A stretch of 61,865 nucleotides of DNA, the filler included, from Trichosphaerium sp. ATCC 40318 (taxonomy: Eukaryota; Protista; Tubulinea): the NCBI GenBank assembly GCA_038496445.1. It is 3 parts of 3 records of this genome, joined end to end, with 100 filler letters (N's around TTAATTAATTAA, not from the genome) between each part and the next. Parts side by side here need not be neighbours in the genome. Positions count along the whole stretch, not along the records: positions 1 to 13,063 come from JALMLS010000401.1; positions 13,164 to 34,867 come from JALMLS010000094.1; 1 more part is not named here. One strand, 5' to 3'. The notes below the pieces were generated by a model that worked only from the letters and a program-made list of their open reading frames with translations, ran no database searches and was not told the origin of the DNA. Below are positions 12,742 through 26,286 of the stretch, in pieces (within the stretch, counting starts at the first letter, position 1; each line of letters starts with the position of its first letter). Position numbers and translations under genes: made by a program.

Positions 12742-13063
12742 TTACGTATTATTTGAATGTCGTTTTTGAGGTTTCTTTTGTTTTTCTATGTTTCTTTTCT
12801 TTTTTTTTTCTATTTCGTACTGGGCTTGCATTTGTTCTTCAGAATCGTAGAAATATATATAGTCGTTTGTGTCCACAGTACACCCTGCTCTTGCTCTACA
12901 TGTTGTAACGTATATCGTGATCCACTTGACCGCTTGTGCACTTGGTTTATGCACAAAGGTAGCTTTGTATTTACCAGGAAAGGCAAAAGCAAGTATTATG
13001 TCATATTTGCTCTTTTCAGGGCAAGAGTGATTTATCATCAACCCTTTATTGGCATACTTTTCG
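12742..13063 (-). CDS. YIYFYDS-domain family protein, 5'-truncated by the gap
   Basis: KYDIILAFAFPGKYKATFVH...GCTVDTNDYIYFYDSEEQ followed by a basic tail; paralogous to 6440-6612 and 11620-11750. Confidence 0.55.
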
Positions 13064-13163
13064 NNNNNNNNNNNNNNNNNNNNNNNNNNNNNNNNNNNNN
13101 NNNNNNNTTAATTAATTAANNNNNNNNNNNNNNNNNNNNNNNNNNNNNNNNNNNNNNNNNNNN
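13064..13163. other. Artificial contig linker
   Basis: N44-TTAATTAATTAA-N44, which gives stops in all six frames. Confidence 0.97.
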
Positions 13164-13464
13164 ATCCTGCCAGTCAAAGAATGCCTCAGCCGTGTTTGGA
13201 TGCAATGTTACCTCAATTTCATTAATGCCAAACTTCAGTTTACCTGTCATCTTACGAAATTCCAAGTATTCTGAAAAATACAGCTGGAGATCGTTAGAGT
13301 GTAAGTTCCTGTTTACAGCTGTGAACATTTTTGTGAGCAAACTCTCAGAGTTGATTTTACTTGTTGATCGAAAAGTTTTTGACAAGTTAAGTTTCGTTAA
13401 CTTTTCAAATTTCTAGTAAAAAAAAGGAGGCAAAGCGGCCGTTTGGGTGGAGTAATCTCTAATA

Positions 13465-16400
13465 ATGACTACTGTTGAGAAGCTTCTCATTCAAGGCATA
13501 CGTTCTTTCTCACAGAAAGAAGCTGTTATGATACAGTTCTTTAAGCCTCTTACTCTGATCGTTGGTCATAATGGCGCTGGTAAAACGGTACAGACGCTTT
13601 TATTTACGCGTGTAATTAAAAGCATGCTTTTTACAATATTTATCCATCTAAAACCATCCAGACCATTATAGAGTGCTTAAAGTACGTAACCACCGGAGAG
13701 ATGCCACCTGATTCACGAAAAGGCCAAAACTTCATCCACGACACAAAGGTACACCGTTGGCTGATCGTTGCTTCATTTTGACGTTTATTACCAAGCTTGC
13801 TGGCGAACGCGAAGTCAAAGCCCTTATAAAATTGCGGTTTAGAACTGTAACAAAGAAGGCGGTTATGGGTACATACTCATCGCATTTAAACCTCCACAGC
13901 ATTTTTTTTTGAACCAAAAACTAAAAGTAATTTCCTTCAGTTACACGCCGATTACAGTTGACACAAAGAGCTACAAAGCAAGAATGTAAAACGCTAGAAC
14001 AATCTTTACAGATGAAAGGCGATAATGGAAAGGTACACTTGCGTAATAACGGCTTTTCTCCCATTTCACTAAAAAATACGTTATCAAGGATGTCGTTAAT
14101 CAATCTTATCGTTGTGTTGATATGGACAAAGCTGTACCTAGCTTGATGGGTGTTTCAAAAGCTATATTACAAAATGTCATATTCTGTCATCAAGAGGATT
14201 CAAATTGGCCTCTTGCTGATTCAAGTACACTAAAGAAGAAATTTGATGACATATTTGCTTCAACAAGGTAACTCATTTATTTTTCACCTAAAATCACGCC
14301 TTCGTGCCTAACACTAGGACCGCAAATACTATTGCACTGCTGCAGTTTCAGGTGTATATTAACACAAGCTACATCAACACTGAGAGCTGTAGACTGATTT
14401 TAAAAACCGCCTACTTTTTTTTTTTTGACTTCATGCGTCTAATCGCTACATTTAGGTATACAAAAGCTCTTGAGCTTATCAGAAAGCAAAGAAAGGAAGT
14501 GCATCTATGTGTTAAAGTAACAGCAGCTAAGCTTGAGACAGTTAAAGCAATACGTGATCAAGTTGTTACTTGTAGAAAGCAAAGAGAAGAAACTCAAGTA
14601 AAAATCAAAACACTCATGCAGGTAATTATTTCATGGCGTTTTGTACCAAGCCCTTTTCAATATACACACCCTGACAACATTTGATTTGCTCAAAAACACA
14701 TTCAGTATCACATTTATGATATTTTAATTTATGTGTCTTACCTTGACACTTGTTTCTTTTATCGTTTCTTTAATTTGTGACAGCAGATAAATTAAGTTTG
14801 TTCTTGTTTAGGAAATTGAAGAGATAGAAGATGTTCGTAGAGAGTTGGTGAAGAAAGCAGAGGAGTATGCCACTATACAAAAGAAACTTGGTAAATGGAA
14901 GAACGCTATTGAGAAGCTAGAGGCTGTCCGTGATGAGAAGATTTCTCAAGTGCGTTTTTGTTTTTGTTTTTTGGATATTGTTGAGTATGCCACTGCGCCC
15001 TTCTTTCGTTTGAGTCATCTTGGTTAATATATAATTTCAGGCGAAGCGTATGCAAAAAGCGGATCACTTCTCAAAGATGAATGAATCTAAAGATAAATTA
15101 AAAGAAATGTTGGATGATTTTGAAGGCGGATTAGAAGGGAAAAGAAAGGAAGCTAGTGATGCTGTAGATCTTGTTAAATCTCTTGAAGATAATAGTTCTG
15201 AATGTGCTAATCAAATCCTACAACTTGTAAAGGACAAGAGTGATTTACAAGCAACTGCAAAGGTTTGTTTACGGATACAAGTTTTTTTCACTTTTTTTCT
15301 TTCCGAAAAGATTTTTATGTTTGATTTGTTTCTGACGTTCTGAGTTGTAGCACATAGAAAGTTTGAAAGCTGATAGATCAAAACAAATGAAAAAATCTAT
15401 AACAAAGTATCGCTTGGAAAAAAACCTTGCTGAAGCGCAAGCAAAACTTGCTGAACCGTTAGATATAAATTCTCATGAGTATTATGGTAAGACACTATTT
15501 TTTTTTTCTTGTTTTTTTTTTCTAATTCTTGCCAGCCACACTGTTTCAGTCACACCTCTAATACTCTTTCATAGAATTATTCCAAACATTGACAGTATCT
15601 AAATTGGCTAGTGTCATAAAGCTTTTAGAAGTAAAAAGGGCGCAGAAAGAAGCAGGGATTCAACAAATGGATAAAGCCATTGGTACTTTTTACAAACCAA
15701 CTTATATCTTCGAAGAGTTTGACTTACTCTTTACTTTTTCCAGATGAACTTAAAGAAGAGCTTAATGACGCAAAGGCAAAAAGATCTAATGCAGTGAACC
15801 AAAAAGAACGAAATGAAACTAAACTTAAGTCAGTCATTGATGAAATAGATCAAAAGAAAAAAGCATTTTCTAAATTAAATGAAATGGAGAAAAAACTTGA
15901 TAATGAAAAATCTGCTTTTGACCAAGCTTCAAAGTCATGGAATGAAGATAATGAGCGTAAAGTTATTAAATCCCTTGAAAAGCGTAGCAAAAATCTTGCA
16001 GAAAAGCTCAAGGCGTCAAGAAAAACGCTGGCAACTGTGTCAAGTAAGTTTTCTTTTATCAAAAGTTTATCTCATTTTTTGTTAGGTCAAGCCAGTGCTA
16101 GAGCTACGTTAGCTCATTTGCGTAAACGCAAGGCTAAAATGTCCAAGGACTTAAAAACAAGGTAAACTAAAATAAGCTTAAACTTAGAGCTGATAGAACG
16201 CGGCTTGCACAAACTGTTTACTGTCTTTTTTTTGGGTTTTATCGCTCACTCTGTACTAGTGTCCAAAGCAGCACAAAAGACTTCAAAGAAGAGTTGGGTA
16301 GCGTACCACCTTTAAACAACATGGTTGACAGCGTGTCAGAGGTGTTAGAGTAAGTAGTTAAGGTTAACTTGATTGTATTTAATTTTGTTATTTTAGTACC

Positions 16401-19400
16401 AAACGTGCTGAGGTGTCTGTCACTGATAAAGAGGTTTCCAAAGTGTCAACTGAGTTATCTCTTTGCAGAGGTGAACTTAAAACACTTAAACAACGTATGG
16501 ATACTTGTAATGCAGAGATTGCTGGGAGAAAGACATTGCTTGCAGGCCATCTGGTTAGTACTTTTTATTTTTGCAACACGTGTTTTCTTCTTTTGATTTG
16601 CGATGTGTCATCGCGGACATTTTATTGTTGTTCTCTTTTTTTTTGGTACTAGTACGTTGTTGTTTATAATTTGTTATGATACAGGGGAGAGGAGATATTC
16701 CAGATCAAATAAAAACAGAAAAACTGAAAATAAAGGAAATGAATGATATTGTAAAGGTATTTGACCATGCTGACAGCTTTTATGCTACTATAATCGATGA
16801 AGCTACAAAAGCACATTGTTGCCCGGTTTGTGCTTCTTCTATGGACGATAATGCTATCAAACAAGCTACTGCCAGGGTACATGTGGATCAAAATTCATCC
16901 GCGGAAAAACTTCTTTTTTCTCTTCTTGCATTGTCTGACTCACCAACTCCCTCAAGCTTAAAGAAAAAACTAAACGACCGGCTGAAATACAAACCATAAA
17001 GAAGGCACTTAATAAAGCCATCCAAGACAAGGACACACTTGGTATGTTAAAAGAAGTTTAGGACTGAGAATGCCTTAACTATTTTCTCTTTGTATTAATT
17101 TTTTTCTACAGAGGAGCTATTACCTGCCTGGAATGATCTTCAAAAACTTCAAGAAGAAGTTCCTAAACTGCAAATCAAGATACAAGCTATTGAGGTTAAG
17201 ATTGAGAAGCACGCTTCACTAGAATCAGAAATAGCGACAAAAAGGAAAAAGTTTTCTGTTCAAGAAAAGCGACTAACGAGGCTACTTGTTCGTGCAAAGA
17301 GCTGTCTAAAGGCTGAACAAGATATAAAATCTGTTCAGGCTGATATTGAACAAGAAGAGAAGGCTCTTGTCGGCTTTGGTACGCTTTGCTTTCAATGAAA
17401 TCAAGTTCCACTCTTTCTTCTTTAGAAGTGGTTTTAGCATAGCGCTAGATCCGAATTGAATAACTGACAGTATTTTTTAGGTGATACTAGAAGTCTTGAA
17501 GATGTAACAAAGGAAGTAAATCAGCTACAAAACGAAAAAGATGCCGTTGATAAAGAAATTAATGAGAAACGTCAAGTCTTTGAAAAGTATCAAAACGACC
17601 TTCATACACAAGAGAGAAAAGTGAATGAGTTACAAAATAAAATACTACAAACACGTGCAGTAAACGATAAACTTACGTTACTAAAACAACAAGCTTCACA
17701 GCTAGAGCAAGGTAATAACTTTTGTGGGTGTTTTTTTTTTGGAATTATCATCTTTCTGACTTGATTTCTTCTTTGCTCGTTTTCTCTCTTATTATTTTGT
17801 TATTTTGACATTTTTCCGTAGAAACAACAAAGCTAGAACCAGTTATTACTGCTCAAGATGAGGTGATTAAAGAAAAGAAGAAAGAAATCGAAGTAGCAAA
17901 AGCAGAAAAGCGAAAACAACTTATCGAGGATAAGAAACAGATCACTGCCTTTGAGAGCCAAGTCACTGGTTTTACAGCTGGTGTTTCTATCCTTAAAAAG
18001 ACACATAGTAGCTTAGTAGCACTACTTCATAAGCACAAAGACCCTACCACACGATTAAAAAAGCTTGAAGGTAAACTTGTTCTAAAAAAAACGATCTAAC
18101 GTTGCTGATGTGATTTGTAGATTCTGTGCTTGCATTACAAGAGAAGAAAGAGCAAATTGATGCCGAGCTTTCTAAAGTGCGCAAAGAAGCAGCAACACTA
18201 GAAAATCAACTAGCGGATTCCAATGGCACGTTTTTTAGATCGATTTGATGTTTTTGTTTTATAAACATTGAACTTTGGACTTTTTGCCTAATAGTGACTT
18301 CTTGATTGTCGGTTGATAGAATTTTATCTGATTTTGTAAAATTTAGGAACATGTAAGAAAATAGAAGAGAATATCAGGCTGTTGAATCTACATGATGAAA
18401 TATTAGAGTTGGAAACAAGTATTAAAAAGAAGAAAAAAGACTTTTCTGGACTGAGCTATGAAACTGTTGCCAATGATACTGCAGTTGTTGAAAAAGAGTT
18501 AAATACTATAACCGCTAGTGTGCGTATTATAAAAATTTAGTTATAACGTAAAAACCTTCAGGGCAAGGCTTCACTTAAGCAACGAGCTTCCTTCTTGTTT
18601 TATTCTTAAAACCCCAAACGAAACTTACGCCTTCATAGAAAAACAAATTCGTTGGCCAAGTTACAGCGTATAAGTCCCAGGAAAAGGAAATAACAGATCA
18701 GTTGGGTCAGAAATCTTATGTTGGAGCTGATGACTTATATAATAAGCGTATGGTTCAACTAAGGTACCAAGTTAGAACAATATCAATTTTTTTAAAGCTT
18801 CAACTTGAAGATTTTTTTTTACAATTTCTTTCGCCTAAACTTTCATTATTAGACGCTTAAGATGACTACAGCGGATCTAGATAAATATTATCATGCCCTT
18901 GATAATGCATTGACAACATATCATGGTGCTAAAATGAAGGAAATTAACAAGATTATAAAGGAACTCTGGCAAGCTACTTATAAGGGTAAAGATATTGATA
19001 CCCTTGAAATCAGAGCCGACTCTGAGTCTGGAAAGACTAAACGTGTATTTAATTATAGAGTGGTTATGGTAAAACAAGGTAAGGCGCTTCTCAAATCAGA
19101 AAACAACAAACCTTTTCCATTCTTTTATTGGAGTTTTTTTTCAAAAACTGACTTTTTTACAACGCTACCTTACTTCCTTAATACGGTTTGATTTCATAAT
19201 TAATATTATATATAGGTACAGAACTCAATATGCGCGGTAGATGTTCTGCTGGTCAAAAGGTAATAATTTTAAAGGCAAAGAAAGAAAGTTTTTAATTTTT
19301 TTTCTATAGGTTTTGGCTTCACTTATTATCAGGCTTGCTTTAGCTGAGACATTTTGTACAAATTGTGGTGTACTTGCACTTGATGAGCCAACAACAAACC

Positions 19401-19675
19401 TTGATAGATTTAATGTTGAAAGTTTTGCAAACGCATTGAGCAAGTAAGTCTTTAGAAATCTTCAGCGCGTGATTCTTTAGTTCTAATAATTTTTTTGTAG
19501 CATTATTAAAACACGTCGTGAACAACGAGGTTTTCAGCTTATTGTTATTACACATGACGAAGAGTTTGTTAGTTTACTTGGTGAGCATTGTGATAGTTAT
19601 TGGCGTGTACAGAAAAATGATAGGTTTGTGAGTACGATCACAAAGGATGAGATTATGAACCTTCTACGTGGCTAA
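13465..19675 (+). CDS. RAD50: DNA repair protein RAD50, complete, more than 20 introns
   Basis: IQGIRSF, Walker [12 protein letters not shown]|[21 protein letters not shown], zinc hook CPVC, signature [32 protein letters not shown]; TAA at 19673-19675. Confidence 0.97.
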
Positions 19676-20119
19676 TAATAATAATCAAAAAAAGAAAAAA
19701 AAGAATAAATCTTTTATTGTAAAAATATTCGGTTTGATGGTGTTATTTCTCATCACTGTACCATTTGCCTACGCTTGTTCACCTTCTTAAGAAGGTAATA
19801 TTTTGTAGAAGAATCGCACGAAAGGTAATGAGTTTGCCAGTTTGACACCACAAAACTTAACGCAATCTAACTTAAAAAGTGCAAGTTTCGTAGTGGTGTA
19901 CACAGCTAGAACGTGCTAATTTACGCAGCGGGTGTGGCAGGCCACGTTACATTAAGCGTACACTTGGAGTACGTAAATTGTCATTGTTAGGCATTTACAG
20001 CGTTTTTCGGTGCACTGTATCGTAATCCATCTGTACTTGTATAAAATACGCTCTGGATGACTAACAAATACTTTCGCAGTTAAATCTAGCCGCTGATTAT
20101 CTTTAGTAGTCCGACAACA

Positions 20120-21489
20120 ATGTCTGATACGTGTAGTACGCAACTAAATACGTTTAAATACAATTGACCCAAACGCGACTGAGAAAAACGCAATTCCATT
20201 TCGAAAATTGCACAAAACGAAACTAATACATAAAAATAGGTTCGCCGCCTGTAATAATTGACAACGGATCTGGAAACATCATTGCTGGATTCGCTGATGA
20301 TGTTTCACCACGTTGTTTTGAGCCAAACGTCTTTGGCACTATAAACCTCAAGACTTCGTCATTGGGAGGCTTTGGACCAAGGAATACAAGGATAGGATCT
20401 TATGCTATCCAATGCCGAGGTCTACTAGATTTAACATATCCTATGAAACACGGTATAGTCACTGACTGGGACACAATGGAAACTGTTTGGCATTTTGTTA
20501 TTTATAGCGCGTTGCGTTGTGATCCACAGGAGCAACCATTGCTATTAACTGAGGCTCTATTTACGCCCATCAAGGATAGGTACGTCTCAATATCTGAAGT
20601 AGTCATAACTTTGTGCAACAGTTTGAAGTTGTTTTTTTTGTTGGATTAATCATTGTTTAGAGAAAAGAAAGCGGAGATAATGTTTGAGACGTTTGAGGTT
20701 CCTAGTGTTTATATTGCTACATCCCCAGGATTATCTATATATGCTCAAGATAAAGACAGTGGATTAGTTGTTGAATGTGGAGATGGGTTAACTCAAACAG
20801 TCGCTGTCTACAAAGGAAATGCTGTTTCAGCTGGTGCTAAGAAAATTGACATTGGTGGACGTGATATTACTGAGTACCTTGTTAAATTGCTTAACAGCAG
20901 GGGTTATTCTTTTACAACAAGTGCTGAGGTAGATATTATCCGTGATATGAAGGAGAAGATGAGTTATATAGCACTTAATTTTAAGAAAGAAATAGGAATG
21001 AGTTTAAAAGAGGTTACGTATGAGCTTCCAAATGGAAAGGATATTCCTGTTGGGTTAGAGCTGTTTAAGTGTAATGAAGCTTTTTTTGATCCATCTCTTA
21101 TTGGTATGAGCGGTTACGGCATTCATAGGCTCGCACATGATACAATAATGGCATGTCCTAGTGATGTCAGGAAGGTACTGTTTGATTTTTTTTTTGCTGC
21201 AGTACTTATTGTACTATCAACAGAGCCTTTACAGCAACGTATGTATTTCTGGTGGTAGTACACTGACTAAGGATTCAAAGAGCGCCTTTCTAAAGAGATA
21301 AAGTTTCTTAACACTACAGTAGAAGATGTCAGTATAGTAGCATCTACTTCAAGAGCTTTTTCTTCTTGGCTTGGTGGTTCAAAAGTTGCAACATTGGATT
21401 CTTTCAACAAATGTTGGGTTTCTAAAGAAACCTTCGAAGAACTTGGTGCAAAATCAGTACATGAATTTCCAATTGTACCAGTAGTATAG
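20120..21489 (+). CDS. Divergent actin / actin-related protein (3 introns)
   Basis: VIIDNGSG, LTYPMKHGIVTDWD, ECGDGLT, IGGRDIT, SWLGGS. This copy lacks one A near 21270 relative to the mirror copy. Confidence 0.92.
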
Positions 21490-22566
21490 CTTGTGAACTA
21501 AAAACGTACTACAACAAGAAACAAATGAGGAGTAAACTAGTGAAAAAATTTGCTAAAAGTTCCTCTATTAAACTTCATCGTCTGTCATGACCGCGGCCAT
21601 TTTTAGTTTTGGCAGAATGTTTTAAAACATGTTACAAAGCCGTGGGATTATGTATGCTACATTATTGTTTCGGATCATTTTCGGTTCAGTTTTGGGAACG
21701 TTTCGGTGTGACTTTTTGGTAAAATTGGGAAAAACCCATTATTGCTTGCCATATGCTCCCTCCCTCTTGAGAATGTAGTATAGACTAATATGATAATGCG
21801 ATCATTCTCTGTTGAACAGATTTTGCACCAAATAAGATTTACTAGTTCAACATGTAACTTGTCGGGGAATTAAAAACTTTTTAGTTTTCTGCTTCTTACT
21901 GCCACACGAAGTTTTTTTCGGCGTTTATAGCGTAAGTAAGGCAAACCGTTTGTCGGACACTAAATTTAGTTTGCATTTTTTTTTAAAGCCACAGGCGTTC
22001 CCGAAAGCGAACCGAGCCCGTACCTTGCTGGCATTCGTTGTCCTACACTCACATAGTTTTCGAACAATGCAAACAAATGCAAACAATCGCTAAATTTAGG
22101 AACCAAGTTACAAAACGGTTCTTACGTCAATTTGACTTCTACAATAGACTACTTATATACTTTATTGAAGCGGTCCCTCAATGCCGCAAAGTAGCCATCA
22201 GAGTACTGTTCTAAGTTGGGCACATTTTGACTTCTATAATAGACTATTATTAAGAGCACGAATATTTGACAGTGGACACAGGAGTCACAAGCGTGTTATT
22301 AAACTTTACAATTGAAAAAAAAACCAGTTGCCAAAAATAGGACAAATCAGAATTCTTTACTTTCGTGTGAAAATATATTTTATTTAACTTTAAAATTATG
22401 AGCCAAAATATAAATTATATTACGAGAAGTACAAGTCCAAAGGTTTTTGCAAGGTCGGGAAATGGACATACAACATGGAATTATTTTTCTCCGCAACAGT
22501 AGCTAGTTATTTTTACACTTTTTTTTTGGTTGATACTATTTTTACTATTGTTATCATTTTCTCACA

Positions 22567-23608
22567 ATGATTAAAGCACTTCTATGTTTATGTACTCTAT
22601 TCGCACTGACGCTTGCTCTAAGTACGTAGCTTCTCTAGAGAAGCTGTTTGGCGCAACAACAAGCAAAGAGCTGCACTGTTTTGTTAACTATTCATTAACC
22701 TATCCACATAGGCGTAGGCGATTCGGGAAGATGTACAATGCGCGTTCCGACCTTCGCTGACTTTTTGGCTGCTAATTCTGCTGAACCAAACAACCCCGGC
22801 TTTATCGTTAATGATACAGCTGTAGAGTATCGAGCACCAATTTCAATTTCTGGAATACAACACACAATTGATATTAACACAAATTCCCTAACATACATCA
22901 TTGAAGTCAGCTCAGGTAACCCAACGTCAAATCTTATACTGGAGTGTGTGATGGATCAACCAGTTATAGGAGGTATCTAGCCAAACATCCTATATTTAGA
23001 GCTTGTTTAACTAACGTTTCTTTCAGGAATTACACTACTTGCAAACAATTTTACATTCGTTCCGTTTAATGCCGTTTTCAATTCAACGTCGTTCGGGTAT
23101 GTTCGAGTAACACAATCTCTTCTAATTTATATTAACTCTTTCGTATTGCAGTTTTTCACTTAGCGCAATGTCGGCATCAAACGCACGTGTGAATTCTGTA
23201 ACTTATCAGATAGCAACGCTGGTGCCAACAACATTACCACCTACAACACTGCCTCCTACAACATTACCACCTACAACATTACCTCCTCCTACAACACTCC
23301 CTCCAACAACGGCCCCTCCAACAACGCTACCTCCAACAACATTACCACCTACAACACTGCCTCCTACAACATCACCTACAACATTACTACCTACAACACT
23401 ATCTCCAACAACGCAATCTCCAATGCTACCTCCAACTACACTAGCACCAACAACTCCTGCTCCAACAACTCCAATATCACTAACAACAGTACAACCAACA
23501 ACCGTGATGCCAACAGGTGCATGTATACCCTCCTCATCAAATACGTTAAATTCTATTTGTTGTTTAGTGTTCAACTTGTTGGTATTTTTGTGTTGTCTTA
23601 ATTTGTAA
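22567..23608 (+). CDS. Secreted Pro/Thr-rich mucin-like surface protein, probably GPI-anchored (3 introns)
   Basis: Signal peptide MIKALLCLCTLFALTLA, small globular domain, PTTLP repeats, hydrophobic C-terminal tail. Confidence 0.8.
23224..23410 (+). repeat. Coding 15-nt minisatellite (PTTLP)
   Basis: Repeated CCWACAACAYTRCCW-like units; mirrored at about 29780-29970. Confidence 0.9.
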
Positions 23609-23873
23609 ACCACCTTGTAAAAGACATACTAATTCAATAAAGATAATTTACTTAGTGAGTATTTAATAACGCCTTGGCTGTTACAACTTTTTTAATTGTC
23701 AAATGGCTCCGCGTATCAACTTTATTCTAACTGCCACGTTGCACAATTTTTTGCCTCAAGGATTGGTTGTGATACATGACGAACAAAGTTACCTAGCTAA
23801 GAGATATTCACATTTTAGAGTAATATCATTCCATGAAAACGGCACAATGTAATTATTTTTGCTGTTTGATGAT

Positions 23874-24135
23874 TAGAGGTGGTCGCTAAACGGCTATAGC
23901 CTTTTAAGTTTTTGGACCGGCTACGAAAAATAAGAAAAGGTCACCTGTTTTTTGCCTAATACTAGGCTTTGGACCTATGTATCGAACACTTACGAATTCA
24001 AAGCCATTGAGAGCATCTAAAATGTAAAAAAAAAGCATGTGGTGCCATGATACAACATCAACAAAATCGCACATTTTTAAAGCGTTTAGCCGATACAGAT
24101 TTTGTTGCTGAGTTTCTTAGCCGGGACCACCTCTA
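23874..24135. mobile_element. hAT-type MITE (262 bp)
   Basis: TIR TAGAGGTGGTC...GACCACCTCTA; 8-bp TSD TTGATGAT/TCGATGAT. Confidence 0.75.
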
Positions 24136-24240
24136 TCGATGATCCACTTTTCTTTATATCGATTTTCGTTGCCAACGTTAAGCTAAGTTCATTTGGCCTT
24201 TAAACTTAAAGTACCACAACAACGAAACGTCAATAAGCTC

Positions 24241-26113
24241 ATGGTACACAAGTTCCTTATTTTAATCTTATTTGTGCTGCTGTTAACGCTTGTACAAACA
24301 AAATTGTTTGTACCGTCATTCTGTACTTATCAAACTATCTCAAGCGCTCAAAACATACCACATAAGATAGTTGTAGGTGTCAAAAACGGACAAGATGTAG
24401 CAAAAATATACGATTCGTTGAAAGTGGTTTCAGACCCAAAGTCTCCATTGTATGGGTCATACTGGACAAAGGAGCAAGTCCTAGAGGCCACAAAGAACAC
24501 AATTGGCTCAAAAATAACTGTATCGTACCTACAAGAGGTAGGAGCAACAATAGACGCTATAAGTTCAGACCAACTATGGATTTCAGCAATGCTACCATTG
24601 AAAACAGTTGAAACGCTCTTCGAAACAACATGCTTCCATTGCGAATGTACACCAAGCGAATCGAGTTCGACAATTCACTTACAAAGATGTAACAGACATT
24701 CCATACCAGACAAACTTCGAAACCACGTGGACTGGGTTGGAGGCGTCTCAGATTTCCCAGTTTTTAAAGAAAAACTTTCTGTCCTTGCATACACAAACGA
24801 TGGCTTCCCAGCAGGTCCTTACTTGTCCATGGATTCCATAAAGAAGCTTTATAACGTTGATAAGTCATCATCAACAGACATGTTAAGCAGCAATATTTCT
24901 GTATTTGAAGTCGAAGCTCCTTATGAATATTACAACCCACCTGACTTGGCAACTTTTCAACAATACAGCGGTTTACCTATAAGTCCAGTAACGCAATTCC
25001 GTGGTGATAACGTCACTTTTGGTTGTCCTAACTATGCATGCGCTGAACCGGTTATTGACGTCGAAATGGTGCTGGGTATGGCACCTATGGTGAACTTTAC
25101 GTACTGGACAACAAACGTTATCTCACCTGTTGGTAATCCTGTTCTTGCTTGGCTACTATCACTTGGAGAAGCTAAAGATCCTCCCCTGATTCATTCTATA
25201 TCATGGGGACCTCAGGAATCTCATTTAACTTCATCGTTGGCTCAACGTTTAGATCAAGAGTTTGCCAAGTTATCAGTTAGAGGATTCACTTTTGTAACGT
25301 CTTCTGGAGATGACGGCGTTAACTATAGAGAAGCTCGGGGTAATCCATCGGCTTGTGGTTTAGCACCTCAGTATCCTGCTGGATCACCATGGGTGACCAC
25401 AGTAGGAGGAACATTTGGACCGGAATATGGTTTAAAAGAGCGCACATGTCAAACAAATGTTGAAAACTATAAAGCCACTACGACTTCTGGAGGAGGATTT
25501 TCTATTTGGTACGGTAAACGCTTATTACATTAGCTCGCTTTATCAACTTTTTTACAACAAACTTGAAGCACGTCAAGCGATTTTCTGAACAGTTGTTTTT
25601 GGAATGAGTTTCTTTTTTTTTCTTATTGTTTGTTTTAATAGGTATGATCAACCTGATTACCAAGAAAAAGTCGTTTCTACATACCTCGAGAATATGGTAG
25701 ATACATTACCTCCATCAAGCACATATAATTCTAACAAAAGAGCATACCCTGACATTGCGCTGGTAGCAAATAACATTAATACAATAACTAATGGAATATT
25801 TCTTCCAAATGGTGGAACCTCTGCATCAGCACCTCTCTTCGCTGGTATGCTCGCTATTATACAAGATGCAAGAATTAAAGCAGGTTTACCGGTACTCGGA
25901 CCAGTAAACAAAGCGCTCTATGCTATCGCTGAATCGACACCTGAAGCGTTCAATGATGTGACTGTTGGAGACAACCATTGTACAGGAGTTTATGGTAGGC
26001 AGCAACAGTTTACTTGCTGTCCTTATGGGTTTAATGCTACAAGTGGTTGGGATCCTGTAACAGGTTTGGGAAGTGTTAACTTCGAAAAATTGAAGCAAGC
26101 TCTTCTTAAGTGA
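24241..26113 (+). CDS. Sedolisin family S53 peptidase (tripeptidyl-peptidase I-like), 1 intron
   Basis: Signal peptide, pro-domain (VSDPKSPLYG), catalytic EPVID, SSGDDG, GGTSASAP, calcium-site GWDPVTGLG. Confidence 0.95.
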
Positions 26114-26286
26114 GATAAATAAAGTATTTTGTGTCAAATTTGCTATGTTATGTAGTCTGGGTTAAATATTTTAGTATGCTATTGGAACAAAGACTTGATT
26201 TATAAATCAGTTTCAAGGCTTAGGTAAATAGTTTGAGATCAAGGTATTCCTTAGCCGATTGGATAAGTTGTTTTAATGTGCTTTAA

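Noticed and set aside
13108-13119. TTAATTAATTAA as a biological motif or piggyBac target
   Set aside because: It sits in the middle of both N-runs in identical form, so it is a synthetic linker.
13164-13385. ORF head-to-head with RAD50
   Set aside because: No recognisable motif, a non-ATG start and truncation by the gap; cannot be supported.
23224-23410. CRISPR-like array
   Set aside because: A coding minisatellite without unique spacers, in a eukaryotic gene.
23206-23613. Val/Gly-rich antisense ORF (and its mirror at 29579-29986)
   Set aside because: Shadow frame of the PTTLP repeat; the opposite strand has the signal peptide and splice sites.
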